From Acidimicrobiia bacterium (GTDB lineage Bacteria; Actinomycetota; Acidimicrobiia; Spongiisociales; ZC4RG35), in the NCBI GenBank assembly GCA_041751055.1, contig JBGSYD010000037.1, positions 182 to 64,181 of the forward strand: a stretch of 64,000 nt of DNA. Direction: 5' to 3'. Within the stretch, counting starts at the first letter, position 1; every line of letters begins with the position of its first letter. The notes below the pieces were generated by a model. The model worked only from the letters and a program-made list of their open reading frames with translations, was not told where the DNA came from and did not search any database. Position numbers and translations under genes: made by a program. Shown here one piece after another: positions 1 through 9,292 of the stretch.

Positions 1-701
1 GCCAACGCAGCGGAAACCGATGCGTTGAGACTTTCATTTCCTGGAGCCATGGGAATCGAGGCCAACACATCACATCGTTTCGAGACCAGCTGGCTGAGTC
101 CTTGTCCTTCCGCACCAATCACCACCGCTACCGGCTCACCCAGCAATTCCAGTCCGAACAGCGATTGGCTACCGCCGGCATCGAGACCGACCGCCCACAC
201 GCCCTTCGCCTTGGCTCGCTGCAGTGCTTCAGCTATTGACCCCACCACCGCCACAGGAAGCCGCTCCAGCGCCCCTGCAGCTGCTTTGAAGGCAGATGCT
301 GACAGGGGGGCGGCCCTCCGGTTGGAAATCACCATCCCGGTGCATCCGGCAGCGACTGCGCTGCGGGCGATAGCCCCCACATTCTGAGGATCTTCGAGAT
401 GATCGAGGACCAAAAGCGCCGCACCTGTCACCCCGGCAAGGACGTCCACGCCAACCGGGAGGATTGGTGTGCACTCGGCAACCACCCCCTGTGGTGCCTC
501 CGTCTCTGCAACGGAGCGGGCATCCTCCACGGTCGTGACTCTGGATTCCCCGACTTGGGCGATGAGGCTCGAGATCTCTTGTCGGGATCTGCCCTTTCGC
601 TCGACGGTGAGATGCTCCACCCGGCCTGCGGCAACCGCCGCGGTAACCGCGTGGATGCCCTCAACCCTATTTCCGTAGCCAGCGGGTGCCATCGGGCCCA
701 T
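1..701 (-). CDS. TrmH/SpoU-family RNA 2'-O-methyltransferase (RlmB-like), 3'-partial at window edge
   Basis: Manual minus-strand translation gives [33 protein letters not shown]...[29 protein letters not shown]...[42 protein letters not shown]. These are the typical SpoU motifs (DPQNVGAI..., IGAEGxGL, SLNVSVA). The gene has no stop inside the window and is absent from the ORF track; its start overlaps the cysS 3' end. Confidence 0.75.
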   Translation of the reverse strand, partial: [233 protein letters not shown]

Positions 702-2061
702 CCTCCAGAAGAACTCCGGCCGCCTCCAGGCCGTCACGTATCCCATCAGCATCGTCGAATCTGCGTTCGGAGCGCGCCTGGGATCTCTTCTCGATCAGAG
801 CAGCAATCGTTGCCTCGAGGTCACTGATGGCAACGTCGTACTCGGAGGCAACCTCGGTGATGTCGATATTGGTGTCCAATGGCCGCGAGCCCTCGTCAAG
901 GCCCAACACTGTCACGATTTCTTCGACAGCACCCAGCAATCCTGATGCGCGCTCACCGTTGTCGATGAGTTTGTTCCCTTCCCTCACCGCATCGAACAGG
1001 ATCGATATTGCTTGAGGTGTCCCAAAATCGTCGTCCATCGCTTCGGTGAATTCGGCCATGACTCCGACGTCGGGTTCGCCAGGCACGCCACGCTCCAGAA
1101 AACGATCGAGCCGATCGAGCGCGTCCGCCCCTTCTTCCACAAGTGATTCCGAGTACTCCAACGGCGACCGGTAGTGGGCGCGCACCATGAGGAAGCGGAG
1201 GGCTCGTCCTCCTACCTTGTCAGCCAACGAAGCCAGATCGACCAGTTGGCCGGTGGACTTTGCCATTTTCTCCCCATCGAGATTGACCATCCCATTGTGA
1301 AGCCAATATCGGGCGAATGTCTCTCCGGTTGCACCCTCTGATTGGGCGATCTCGTTTTCGTGGTGGGGGAAGATCAGATCGGTGCCCCCACCGTGGATGT
1401 CGAAGCCTAAACCGAGGTATTTTGCGGCCATCGCCGAACATTCGATGTGCCAACCCGGGCGACCGGCGCCCCATGGTGAATCCCAATTGGGCTCTCCCGG
1501 TTTCGCTGCTTTCCAAAGAGCAAAATCGACCGGGTCTTGTTTGGCGTCTCCGACCTCTATTCGGTGCCCCGCCCTGAGGTCGTCGGGGTCGTGACCTGAG
1601 AGCTTCCCGTATGTCTCAAGGGCCTTGACTGAGAAGTACACGTCGCCCTCTGATTCGTACGCCAATCCGCGTCCCACGAGAATTGCTACCAGGTCGATGA
1701 TCTCAGGGATCGTCTCAGTGGCTTTGGGCTCGTAGTCAGGTTCCAATACTCCCACGGAGTGGTAGCCGTCCCGGAATCGCTGAGCCATCTTGACTGCGAG
1801 ATCCTGAACCGACTCACCAGAATCTTCGGCGGCCTTGATGATCTTGTCCTCGATATCTGTGATGTTGCGGACAAAAGTGACCTCATACCCGCTCCAGGAC
1901 AAATACCGGCGGATCACATCGAAAGCGACGGCCGAGCGCCCGTGGCCCACATGTGGTTCGGATTGAACGGTCGGGCCGCAGAGGTAGATACCCACCTTGC
2001 CCTCGTCACGAGGTTCAAAGTCGACTTGGCGACGACCCAATGTGTTGTAGATGCGGAGCAT
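667..2061 (-). CDS. cysS: cysteine--tRNA ligase
   Basis: 464 aa; class I aaRS motifs HVGH (HIGH-like) and KMAKS (KMSKS); CysRS-type N-terminus MLRIYNTLGRRQVDFEP. Confidence 0.93.
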   Translation of the reverse strand: MLRIYNTLGRRQVDFEPRDEGKVGIYLCGPTVQSEPHVGHGRSAVAFDVIRRYLSWSGYEVTFVRNITDIEDKIIKAAEDSGESVQDLAVKMAQRFRDGYHSVGVLEPDYEPKATETIPEIIDLVAILVGRGLAYESEGDVYFSVKALETYGKLSGHDPDDLRAGHRIEVGDAKQDPVDFALWKAAKPGEPNWDSPWGAGRPGWHIECSAMAAKYLGLGFDIHGGGTDLIFPHHENEIAQSEGATGETFARYWLHNGMVNLDGEKMAKSTGQLVDLASLADKVGGRALRFLMVRAHYRSPLEYSESLVEEGADALDRLDRFLERGVPGEPDVGVMAEFTEAMDDDFGTPQAISILFDAVREGNKLIDNGERASGLLGAVEEIVTVLGLDEGSRPLDTNIDITEVASEYDVAISDLEATIAALIEKRSQARSERRFDDADGIRDGLEAAGVLLEDGPDGTRWLRK

Positions 2062-2130
2062 GTGTGGGCGATGTTACGGGGGCTCTGGCCATTCTTTAGG
2101 CGATAAACGCCAATAGTGGCGCCGAGAGCC

Positions 2131-2646
2131 TTAGGTTCGCGATTTTGCGAGCGGCCCGACAGTCACCACGGCCACCGCTGCCACACCTTGTCCCTTGCCG
2201 ATGAATCCGAGGCCGTCCGTAGTCGTTGCCTTGACAGAGACCGCCTCAATGGGCACGCCTAAGGCTTCGGCGAGATTTTCACGGATCAGCTTCCTATGGG
2301 GAGCGACCCGGATTGACTCCGCGATCACCGTTGCATCGACATGCTCAACAAGGAATCCTGCCGCCATCGCCATGGTGGTGGCCTGGCGAAGGAGAAAAAT
2401 CGAGTTGGCTCCAGAAAGTGCTGGATCGTCAGAAGGAAAATGCTCGCCCATGTCGCCCAGAACACTTGCGCCGAGCAGCGCATCTGTCACGGCGTGAGCG
2501 AGGACATCGCCGTCCGAGGTCGCGGCCAGACCTTCAGATTCGGAGACGACGACGCCGCCAAGGACAAGCGGAGGCTCGCCGCCCAAGGCATGAGAGTCGA
2601 ATCCCCAACCGACCCTTGCGTTAGCCGCAGGGGCGTCAAGGCTCAT
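2131..2646 (-). CDS. ispF: 2-C-methyl-D-erythritol 2,4-cyclodiphosphate synthase
   Basis: 171 aa; GFDSHAL...SDGDVLAHAVTDALLGA motifs typical of IspF; 4-nt overlap with the upstream carD gene. Confidence 0.88.
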   Translation of the reverse strand: MSLDAPAANARVGWGFDSHALGGEPPLVLGGVVVSESEGLAATSDGDVLAHAVTDALLGASVLGDMGEHFPSDDPALSGANSIFLLRQATTMAMAAGFLVEHVDATVIAESIRVAPHRKLIRENLAEALGVPIEAVSVKATTTDGLGFIGKGQGVAAVAVVTVGPLAKSRT

Positions 2647-3179
2647 TCGTCGTCTTCGACCTCGATCTTGGGAAGAGCGCGGTCGAGCTTCTTGACCGCC
2701 TCCTCATCGTCTACCTGAAGACTGAACGCGAGTTCGGAGCTCAAGGTGGTCCGAGCCTTCGAAAGCATTCTCTTCAACGCCGGGCTGATGCCTTTTGTCT
2801 GCTGTGCGTAAGAAAGGTCACGGACGACCTCGGCTACTTGGAAGATGTCACCTGAGGTCATTTTTTCGGTCAGCACCTTGTACCAGCGGCTCCAGTTGGA
2901 CCCTGCCTCCTCCGGTTCACCTTTCAGCGAGCGGAGAACATCACGTGATCGTGTTTTAGAGATGACAGGTCGAATCAGATCGTCGGCTTTGTCGAGAGGG
3001 ACCATGACAGTCAACTGTTCAGTCGCAATTTCGAGGATGTAGTAATCCTGCTTCTTGCCATTGAACTCTTGCTTGATCTTCTTGTGGATTGTTGCCGCAC
3101 CGTGTTGGGGGTGGACAACTTTGTCGCCTACGGCGTACTTTGAGGTTTTCTGAGCCATATAGAAGAGCAGATTGTACAT
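2643..3179 (-). CDS. carD: CarD/CdnL family RNA polymerase-binding transcription regulator
   Basis: YAVGDKVVHPQHGAATI N-terminal RNAP-interacting (Tudor-like) domain plus C-terminal helical domain. Start chosen at an internal Met (the track ORF extends to 3251) so it does not overlap the disA stop. Confidence 0.8.
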   Translation of the reverse strand: MYNLLFYMAQKTSKYAVGDKVVHPQHGAATIHKKIKQEFNGKKQDYYILEIATEQLTVMVPLDKADDLIRPVISKTRSRDVLRSLKGEPEEAGSNWSRWYKVLTEKMTSGDIFQVAEVVRDLSYAQQTKGISPALKRMLSKARTTLSSELAFSLQVDDEEAVKKLDRALPKIEVEDDE

Positions 3180-3229
3180 GGAGCCACGATCTGTCCCTAT
3201 TTGACCGAACGCGGCCGGCCCCCGACCGG

Positions 3230-4291
3230 TCAATCGAGCAAAGGCTCCCACTCATCGGCCATAGATTCGAGGCGATCAAAATATGTTCGGAGTTGGTTGG
3301 CCCTGGTGTCGCCGACACCCTCGACCGTTGTGAGATCTTCCTCGGTGGCCTTGAGAATTCGATCGAGCGAACCGTAGTGACGCACCAGGTCGACCCGCAC
3401 GGGCTCGGGAAGACGCCCGGCCCGGGACAGGATCCGATGTCCGCGTGGCCTTACAGGGTCATCGATGTCGGGGAAATCCAAGACCTTGCCCAAACGAGTG
3501 ACATCCTCGAGGTCGGTGCCAGTAAGGGCCTCGAGATGCTCCACGGTACGGGCGACGGCGCCCGACCTGAGCGGCCTGATGTAATCCTGGAGAACGAGTC
3601 GCCTGGTGTCATCCACGCCGGATAGGAGGTCGTTCAGCTGCAGCGAGACAATGTGCCCTTCATCACCCAACGTCGACGCTCGCTGGGCGACCATGTCGCC
3701 AAGACGATCGACCAGCTCAGCCCGCTGGATGACGGTCAACACAGGTCTATACGTCGCCAGATTGCTGACTTCGAGCCTGGTGAGGCGGTTTTCGGCGTCA
3801 TCGAGGCGACGCCTCAAGCGATCGAGGCTCTGCAGTTCCTGATTGACATGTGCGGTAACTTCGGTTGGGCTTGCCAGTTCGAGCTTCTGGCCCTGATAAA
3901 AAAGGGTGGCCACCTTACGGCCCTCGCTCACCGCGACGACGGCCTTGCCGGTCTGGCTCGCCATCCGTTCCGCCGTGCGGTGGCGGGCACCTGTCTCGTC
4001 GGTGCGAATGGAGCCGTCAGGGATGAAATGAACGGCCGCGTTGACAATGCGCCCCCATGAATCGTCCAGGACTATTCCGCCGTCCATCTTGGACAGCTCG
4101 GCCAGACGGGCCGGGGTGAAACTCGACTCCCGAAGCGGGAATCCTCCTGAACTGGCCTCTACGACTTCAGGGCCGTCGCCAAGCACGACAAGACCGCCCT
4201 TGCCTTGCTGAATGATTCGCTCGAGAGCACGCCTCATCGGTGTCCCTGGGGCGAGGCGTTCTAACATTTCTTGGATTGTCTGGCCACCCAC
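3230..4291 (-). CDS. disA: DNA integrity scanning protein DisA (diadenylate cyclase)
   Basis: 353 aa; N-terminal DAC domain (GGLVVLG...DGGIVLD), C-terminal HhH region; directly follows radA as in other Actinobacteria. Confidence 0.88.
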   Translation of the reverse strand: MGGQTIQEMLERLAPGTPMRRALERIIQQGKGGLVVLGDGPEVVEASSGGFPLRESSFTPARLAELSKMDGGIVLDDSWGRIVNAAVHFIPDGSIRTDETGARHRTAERMASQTGKAVVAVSEGRKVATLFYQGQKLELASPTEVTAHVNQELQSLDRLRRRLDDAENRLTRLEVSNLATYRPVLTVIQRAELVDRLGDMVAQRASTLGDEGHIVSLQLNDLLSGVDDTRRLVLQDYIRPLRSGAVARTVEHLEALTGTDLEDVTRLGKVLDFPDIDDPVRPRGHRILSRAGRLPEPVRVDLVRHYGSLDRILKATEEDLTTVEGVGDTRANQLRTYFDRLESMADEWEPLLD

Positions 4292-4319
4292 GACTTCAGG
4301 CTATCACTTGGGTGCCCGG

Positions 4320-5618
4320 CTACGTCGTGGCGATCAGACCGGAGGCCGCGAGTGCGCTGGTTAGGCGCATTGGCTCGCCACCACCGGGGGCGATCCTGCG
4401 GGTGACACCCATGCGATCCAGCTCTTCGACGCGCCTGATTTCAAAGGGGATAGCACGGACTTCGCCGGCCAGGCCCATCTCGCCGTAGGCGGCGAGGCGG
4501 CCGAGGGGTCGATTCAGCCGCGAGGACGAAATGGCCAGAGCAACCGGGAGGTCACATCCTGGCTCGTCGAGACGCCACCCGCCGACCACATTCACATAGA
4601 CCTCGTGCTCGTACAGCTTCATGTCGGCGTGGCGATCGAGGACGGCAAGAACCTGGTTGACCCGGGTCGGATCCACGCCACGAATAGATCGCCTCGGCTG
4701 GCTCTGATTGGTCTTCGTCACCAGAGCCTGGATCTCGACCAGGATCGAACGTCGTCCTTCCACGGCGGGATACACGACTGTCCCGGGAACCTCTGACTCC
4801 CAACCTGCGAGAAATGCCTTGCTCGGATCATCGACTTCGACCAGACCCTCAGAACGCATGTCGAACATCCCCGAGATATGCGTTGCGCCAAACCGATTCT
4901 TGATCGACCGCAAGACCCGAAAACCGCGGTCCGGATCACCTTCGAGGTAAAGGACCACGTCAACCATGTGCTCGAGTAGCTTCGGCCCGGCCAGGCCACC
5001 GTCTTTGGTGACGTGCCCTATGAGGACGACTGGCACCCCTACGGTCTTGGCGAGACGCACAAGGCGGGCAGCCGATTCCCTGACTTGGGCTACCCCTCCA
5101 GGGCCCGAAGACAACTCTTTGACCCCGACAGTCTGAATCGAATCGACCACCAGGAGGTCAGGACGCACCTTTTCCGCAAGGGCCACAATGGCGTCTGTGT
5201 CGTCATCGGAGACGAGTTGAATGGCATTGCCTCCCAGACCCAATCGTTGGGCGCGCATTGCGACCTGATGTGCGGACTCCTCGGCACTGGCAATGAGAAC
5301 TGTCCCATCACGTTCCGCCACGAACCCGGCGACCTGAAGAAGCAGCGTAGATTTCCCGACGCCCGGCTCTCCGCCAATCAGGATCACCGAACCTGAAACC
5401 AGACCACCACCCAGAACCCGGTCAATCTCACCCCAACCCGTTACGAACCGCTCACCGATGGTGTCGCGCGCTTCGTCCAGACCCACCGACTCGGAAGGCT
5501 CCTGACGGGTTATCTTGGAGCCAGCAATCTCCTCCAAGGGCCGGTCTGTCCCGCACTGTGGGCAAAATCCCATCCACTTCGGTGAGTCGTGCCCGCAATT
5601 TTCACATCTAAAGGCCAT
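4320..5618 (-). CDS. radA: DNA repair protein RadA/Sms
   Basis: N-terminal C4 zinc finger (CENCGH...CPQCG), Walker A GEPGVGKST, C-terminal Lon-like domain. Confidence 0.93.
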   Translation of the reverse strand: MAFRCENCGHDSPKWMGFCPQCGTDRPLEEIAGSKITRQEPSESVGLDEARDTIGERFVTGWGEIDRVLGGGLVSGSVILIGGEPGVGKSTLLLQVAGFVAERDGTVLIASAEESAHQVAMRAQRLGLGGNAIQLVSDDDTDAIVALAEKVRPDLLVVDSIQTVGVKELSSGPGGVAQVRESAARLVRLAKTVGVPVVLIGHVTKDGGLAGPKLLEHMVDVVLYLEGDPDRGFRVLRSIKNRFGATHISGMFDMRSEGLVEVDDPSKAFLAGWESEVPGTVVYPAVEGRRSILVEIQALVTKTNQSQPRRSIRGVDPTRVNQVLAVLDRHADMKLYEHEVYVNVVGGWRLDEPGCDLPVALAISSSRLNRPLGRLAAYGEMGLAGEVRAIPFEIRRVEELDRMGVTRRIAPGGGEPMRLTSALAASGLIATT

Positions 5619-5789
5619 AAACTTGTCTACCAGGGTTAACCATTACGTCTTCGGGCTACCAAAATCAACCATGCCACAACTCCGATTGCAACGAGCGCGG
5701 CTATGAGTAGAGATCCGAAGCTCCAGGGCTCATAGGTTCTGATGGCAAACACGAACACGACCGTGGCACAATACCGATGAAGGAGGGAC

Positions 5790-6770
5790 GTGGCATCACG
5801 CAAATGTGAACAATGCGGCGCGACCGTCGCGTCAGACGAGCAATTTTGCCCGAATTGTGGCAATTTCATGGACCCGCTCGCGCCCGACCACCATCCTCAT
5901 ATCATTTCGGTGAGTTCGAGCGGTTTCGAGGAATTCGACCTGAGCGAACCCCCCGCACAGTCCCCGATCGCGGCTGAGCGTGCCAAGGCGCGCCCGGGCA
6001 AGACGACCCAATGCCCCTCTTGTGGGGCCATCAATCCGTCGAATAACCGGCATTGTGAGGAATGCGGTGCACGCCTCAGCCAGGCGCCACTCCCAACCGC
6101 TCCTCGACCAGCAGTGCAAACCACAGCTGGCGTGCGCGCCGCCCTCGCGATCAGCGGATTGCTCTTTGGCGTTGTGATGATTGCCTTGTTATTCAACGTA
6201 TTCACCGGCGACGGGAGCCCGGCATCGACGACAGCGCCCCCGGACTCCACCAGCTCCACCCCGATCATCGAGGCGAACGGTCCCCTTCCCGCTATTGACA
6301 CCACATGCTCCGTCGAAGGAATTGGTACTTTCTCCTGCAACAACCTGACTTCGGATACGGAGAATCAGTACCAGGTCAACTGGGAAGAGCTACCAGACGG
6401 CGAGAAGATCACCATCCGTCTCACTTTCGGCCAACCCATGGTGATCCAACAAATTCAGTGGAGAGGCATCACCGACTCGGTGAAGTTCGCCCAGAACTAC
6501 CGGGCCCGCGGGCTGGTTATCAGCTCATCAGACGGCATCAGCGATATTCCGTTTGAGCTTACGGACGATCCCGGATTGCAAACCATCCCCTTTGCGGCCA
6601 TAGGTGCCAACTGGATCGAGATCGAGATTCAGAGTGCCTATCGCGCCGTGGTAACCGAGGGCAACGTCTTCAAGGAGCTCGCCATCGACGAGATCACGGC
6701 GATCGGCCGCCCTCAGGCGACGCAACCGACTGACTCCAGCAGCACAACGACGACCACAACCACACCGTAG
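5790..6770 (+). CDS. double zinc-ribbon membrane protein with extracytoplasmic discoidin/F5-8-type-C-like domain
   Basis: CEQCG...CPNCG and CPSCG...CEECG zinc ribbons; one TM helix (ALAISGLLFGVVMIALLF); Ser/Thr-rich linker; C-terminal about 140-aa beta-sandwich-like segment (NWIEIEIQSAYRAV...); poly-Thr tail. Confidence 0.55.
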   Translation: MASRKCEQCGATVASDEQFCPNCGNFMDPLAPDHHPHIISVSSSGFEEFDLSEPPAQSPIAAERAKARPGKTTQCPSCGAINPSNNRHCEECGARLSQAPLPTAPRPAVQTTAGVRAALAISGLLFGVVMIALLFNVFTGDGSPASTTAPPDSTSSTPIIEANGPLPAIDTTCSVEGIGTFSCNNLTSDTENQYQVNWEELPDGEKITIRLTFGQPMVIQQIQWRGITDSVKFAQNYRARGLVISSSDGISDIPFELTDDPGLQTIPFAAIGANWIEIEIQSAYRAVVTEGNVFKELAIDEITAIGRPQATQPTDSSSTTTTTTTP

Positions 6771-6800
6771 AACGGCGCGACACAACGGCCCGCCACCTAT

Positions 6801-8090
6801 CTACTGCTTGATATAAGGCTGTCCATCCGCCGCTGGTGCCCGGGCATGGCCCACCAGACCAGCCACGACGATGACGGTGGCAACATAGGGCAACATCAGC
6901 ATGAACTCCGAGGGTATCCCCGTCCCCAGAATGGCGACTTTCTGCGCCAGGGCGCCAGAGAATCCGAACACCAGCCCGGCCGCCAGAGCACCAAAAGGCA
7001 TCCATCGACCGAAGATCATTGCCGCCAGGCCGATGAACCCGATGCCGCCGGTCATATTCTCCTCGAATCGGGAGATCTGGGCCAGGGCCAGGAAGGCTCC
7101 ACCGAAGCCGGCAATGAGACCGCCGGCAATCATGTTTCGATAACGGACCTTGAGAACATCGATTCCCAACGTGTCGGCTGCCTTCGGGTGCTCCCCAACA
7201 GCCCGGGCGCGGAGACCCCAGCGGGTTCGGAAAAAACCGAAGTGGAGCCCGACGACGAGCAATAACGTCACATAGACAAAGAAGGTGTGGTCGAAGAACA
7301 TCGGCCCTATCACCGGGATGTCGGCCAGAACCGGGATCCGTATCGAGGAGACCCTGGCGGGCGCATTGAGATCCTGGGCTTCAGACAACACGCGGCTTGC
7401 CAGGAATGATGTAAGACCAACGGCGAGGATATTTATCACTACACCGGCAATGATCTGGTCGACGTGGAATCGGATCGCGAGCCACGCCAGGAGCGCACCC
7501 AGAAGTGCTCCGATGACCATCGCCCCAGCGACACCAGCCCAAGTGCCAAAGGCGCTCGACAAAACAACCGCTACAAACGCGCCGGTAAGCAGTTGGCCCT
7601 CGATGCCAATGTTGATGACACCAGCTCGCTCACCAATTAGTCCGGTCAAGGCACCAAGAGTGATCACGACTGATGAGATCACTGTCGATCGAAGCATCCC
7701 CACCATGCTGAAGGAACTGTCGGCGGCGGCCCACGCAAGGAAAGCCAGGACAAATAGAAGCAGACCGATACCAAGCGCCACGTTGGTCAACTTCAGATTG
7801 CGGCGACGTAACCGATCGAGCCCGAGCCCAAAGATCAATACTGCGGCGACAGTCGAAAAGACCCGGGAGTTGAACGAGACGGATATGTTCTGAAACCGGT
7901 CGGTCGGCAGGCTCAGGTTGAACGTTGAGGTCGCGTCCGAAGTGACTCCGAAAGCAAAAACACCAAGGACCACAGCTGCGAGGACCAGCAGTATGAGCCC
8001 GATAATCGTCGCCCGGCGCTCGTTGGCGCTGGTGCGCTCAACAACCGGCAGGTGGTCGACCTTGGTTGCCACGGCAGTCATGATCCCCAC
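6801..8090 (-). CDS. ABC transporter permease (BMP-family nucleoside/sugar importer)
   Basis: 429 aa polytopic membrane protein; it overlaps the upstream permease gene by 13 nt; part of the BMP-type ABC operon. Confidence 0.82.
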   Translation of the reverse strand: MGIMTAVATKVDHLPVVERTSANERRATIIGLILLVLAAVVLGVFAFGVTSDATSTFNLSLPTDRFQNISVSFNSRVFSTVAAVLIFGLGLDRLRRRNLKLTNVALGIGLLLFVLAFLAWAAADSSFSMVGMLRSTVISSVVITLGALTGLIGERAGVINIGIEGQLLTGAFVAVVLSSAFGTWAGVAGAMVIGALLGALLAWLAIRFHVDQIIAGVVINILAVGLTSFLASRVLSEAQDLNAPARVSSIRIPVLADIPVIGPMFFDHTFFVYVTLLLVVGLHFGFFRTRWGLRARAVGEHPKAADTLGIDVLKVRYRNMIAGGLIAGFGGAFLALAQISRFEENMTGGIGFIGLAAMIFGRWMPFGALAAGLVFGFSGALAQKVAILGTGIPSEFMLMLPYVATVIVVAGLVGHARAPAADGQPYIKQ

Positions 8091-9292
8091 CCGGTGCTCA
8101 GTTGTGTCGTCTCTTCATCGCCACCGCCCTTGATCCTGTAGATCGCGCGAATCATGCCCGGGGCGGCAACAAAGATCACAATGAGTGCCTGCAACACCAC
8201 CACCAAGTCGATCGGAACCTGGGCCGCACCCTGCATCTCGCGACCTCCAGCTGACAATGCACCAAAGAGCAATGCCGCCCACATCACCCCTATCGGGTTG
8301 GACCTACCGAGAAGGGCAACCGTTATGGCGTCGAACCCAACGGCTCCAGCCAACGCCGGCGACGCCTTGTAGGGCTCGAGTCCCATAACCTGATTTCCCC
8401 CAGCAATCCCGGCTAGCCCACCAGCGATCGCCATGGCCAGAGTCACAACGACGGCCACGTTCATGCCGGCGTATTTCCCGGCGCTGGGATTGGAGCCGAC
8501 CGCTCGAAATTCGAAACCAATCGAGGACTTGTACAAGATCCACTGAACTACGAAGACGGCGGCAATGGCGATCAACAGACCGACAGTCACCCGATATTGG
8601 CTGCCAAAGAGTCGAGGCAACTGGGCAGATCCCTCCAGTGCCGCCGAAACCGGGTTGTTCCGACCCGGGTCTTGGATGCTCGAAGTGGTCAGGATCCATT
8701 GGATGAAGAAAAGGGCGATGAAGTTCCCCATGATCGTCGTGATCACCTCGTGGGCACCTGTTCTCGCTTTCAACAGCCCGGCGAGACCGCCCCAGATCAT
8801 CCCCGCCGCCATCGCCGCGAGCAAAGTCAATGGTATGTGAATGATCGCAGGGAGGTCGAGGTGGACACCGACGTAGGCAGCGGCGAGCCCACCCATGATC
8901 ATCTGGCCCTGGGCGCCGATGTTGAAAAGCCCGGCGCGGAAGCCGAGAGCGATTCCGAGACCGGAGAGCAGCAGAGGCGTTGCAGCAAAGAGTGTCTCAG
9001 AAAGGGAGTTGATCGAACCTACAGATCCCCGGAATAGGGCACGATAGGCCGCCCAGACCTCAGCGACCATCTGACCGAGTGCTGTCCCGGGGTCATCGAA
9101 CAGGAGTCGGAGGCTATCTATGTCTGAGAAGGCAATGATGATCGCCCCGATGACAAGAGCGGTGATCAGGGCCAGAGTCGGCAGCAGTATGGCGCGGCCG
9201 ACGCTCGTTCCGACACCGGTGGCCCGGTCCATCTGGCTACCTCGGTCTGGCTCCTTGGACTCGCCGCCGGTCGGGTCGGGCACGTCGCTCAT
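8078..9292 (-). CDS. ABC transporter permease (BMP-family importer, second permease)
   Basis: 404 aa polytopic membrane protein; 4-nt overlap with the ATPase gene. Confidence 0.82.
   Translation of the reverse strand: MSDVPDPTGGESKEPDRGSQMDRATGVGTSVGRAILLPTLALITALVIGAIIIAFSDIDSLRLLFDDPGTALGQMVAEVWAAYRALFRGSVGSINSLSETLFAATPLLLSGLGIALGFRAGLFNIGAQGQMIMGGLAAAYVGVHLDLPAIIHIPLTLLAAMAAGMIWGGLAGLLKARTGAHEVITTIMGNFIALFFIQWILTTSSIQDPGRNNPVSAALEGSAQLPRLFGSQYRVTVGLLIAIAAVFVVQWILYKSSIGFEFRAVGSNPSAGKYAGMNVAVVVTLAMAIAGGLAGIAGGNQVMGLEPYKASPALAGAVGFDAITVALLGRSNPIGVMWAALLFGALSAGGREMQGAAQVPIDLVVVLQALIVIFVAAPGMIRAIYRIKGGGDEETTQLSTGWGS

Noticed and set aside
25-827. Plus-strand ORFs 25-387 and 399-827, and minus-strand ORFs 229-474 and 428-664, at the window start
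   Set aside because: All are alternative-frame shadows of the minus-strand TrmH-family methyltransferase gene, which has clear motifs but no in-window stop and was therefore absent from the track.
5636-5869. 77-codon minus-strand ORF between radA and the zinc-ribbon gene, with a C-terminal hydrophobic segment
   Set aside because: It overlaps the start of the better-supported zinc-ribbon gene by about 80 nt, has mixed codon usage, and there is no supported start near the hydrophobic part. It may be a small membrane protein, but the evidence is insufficient.
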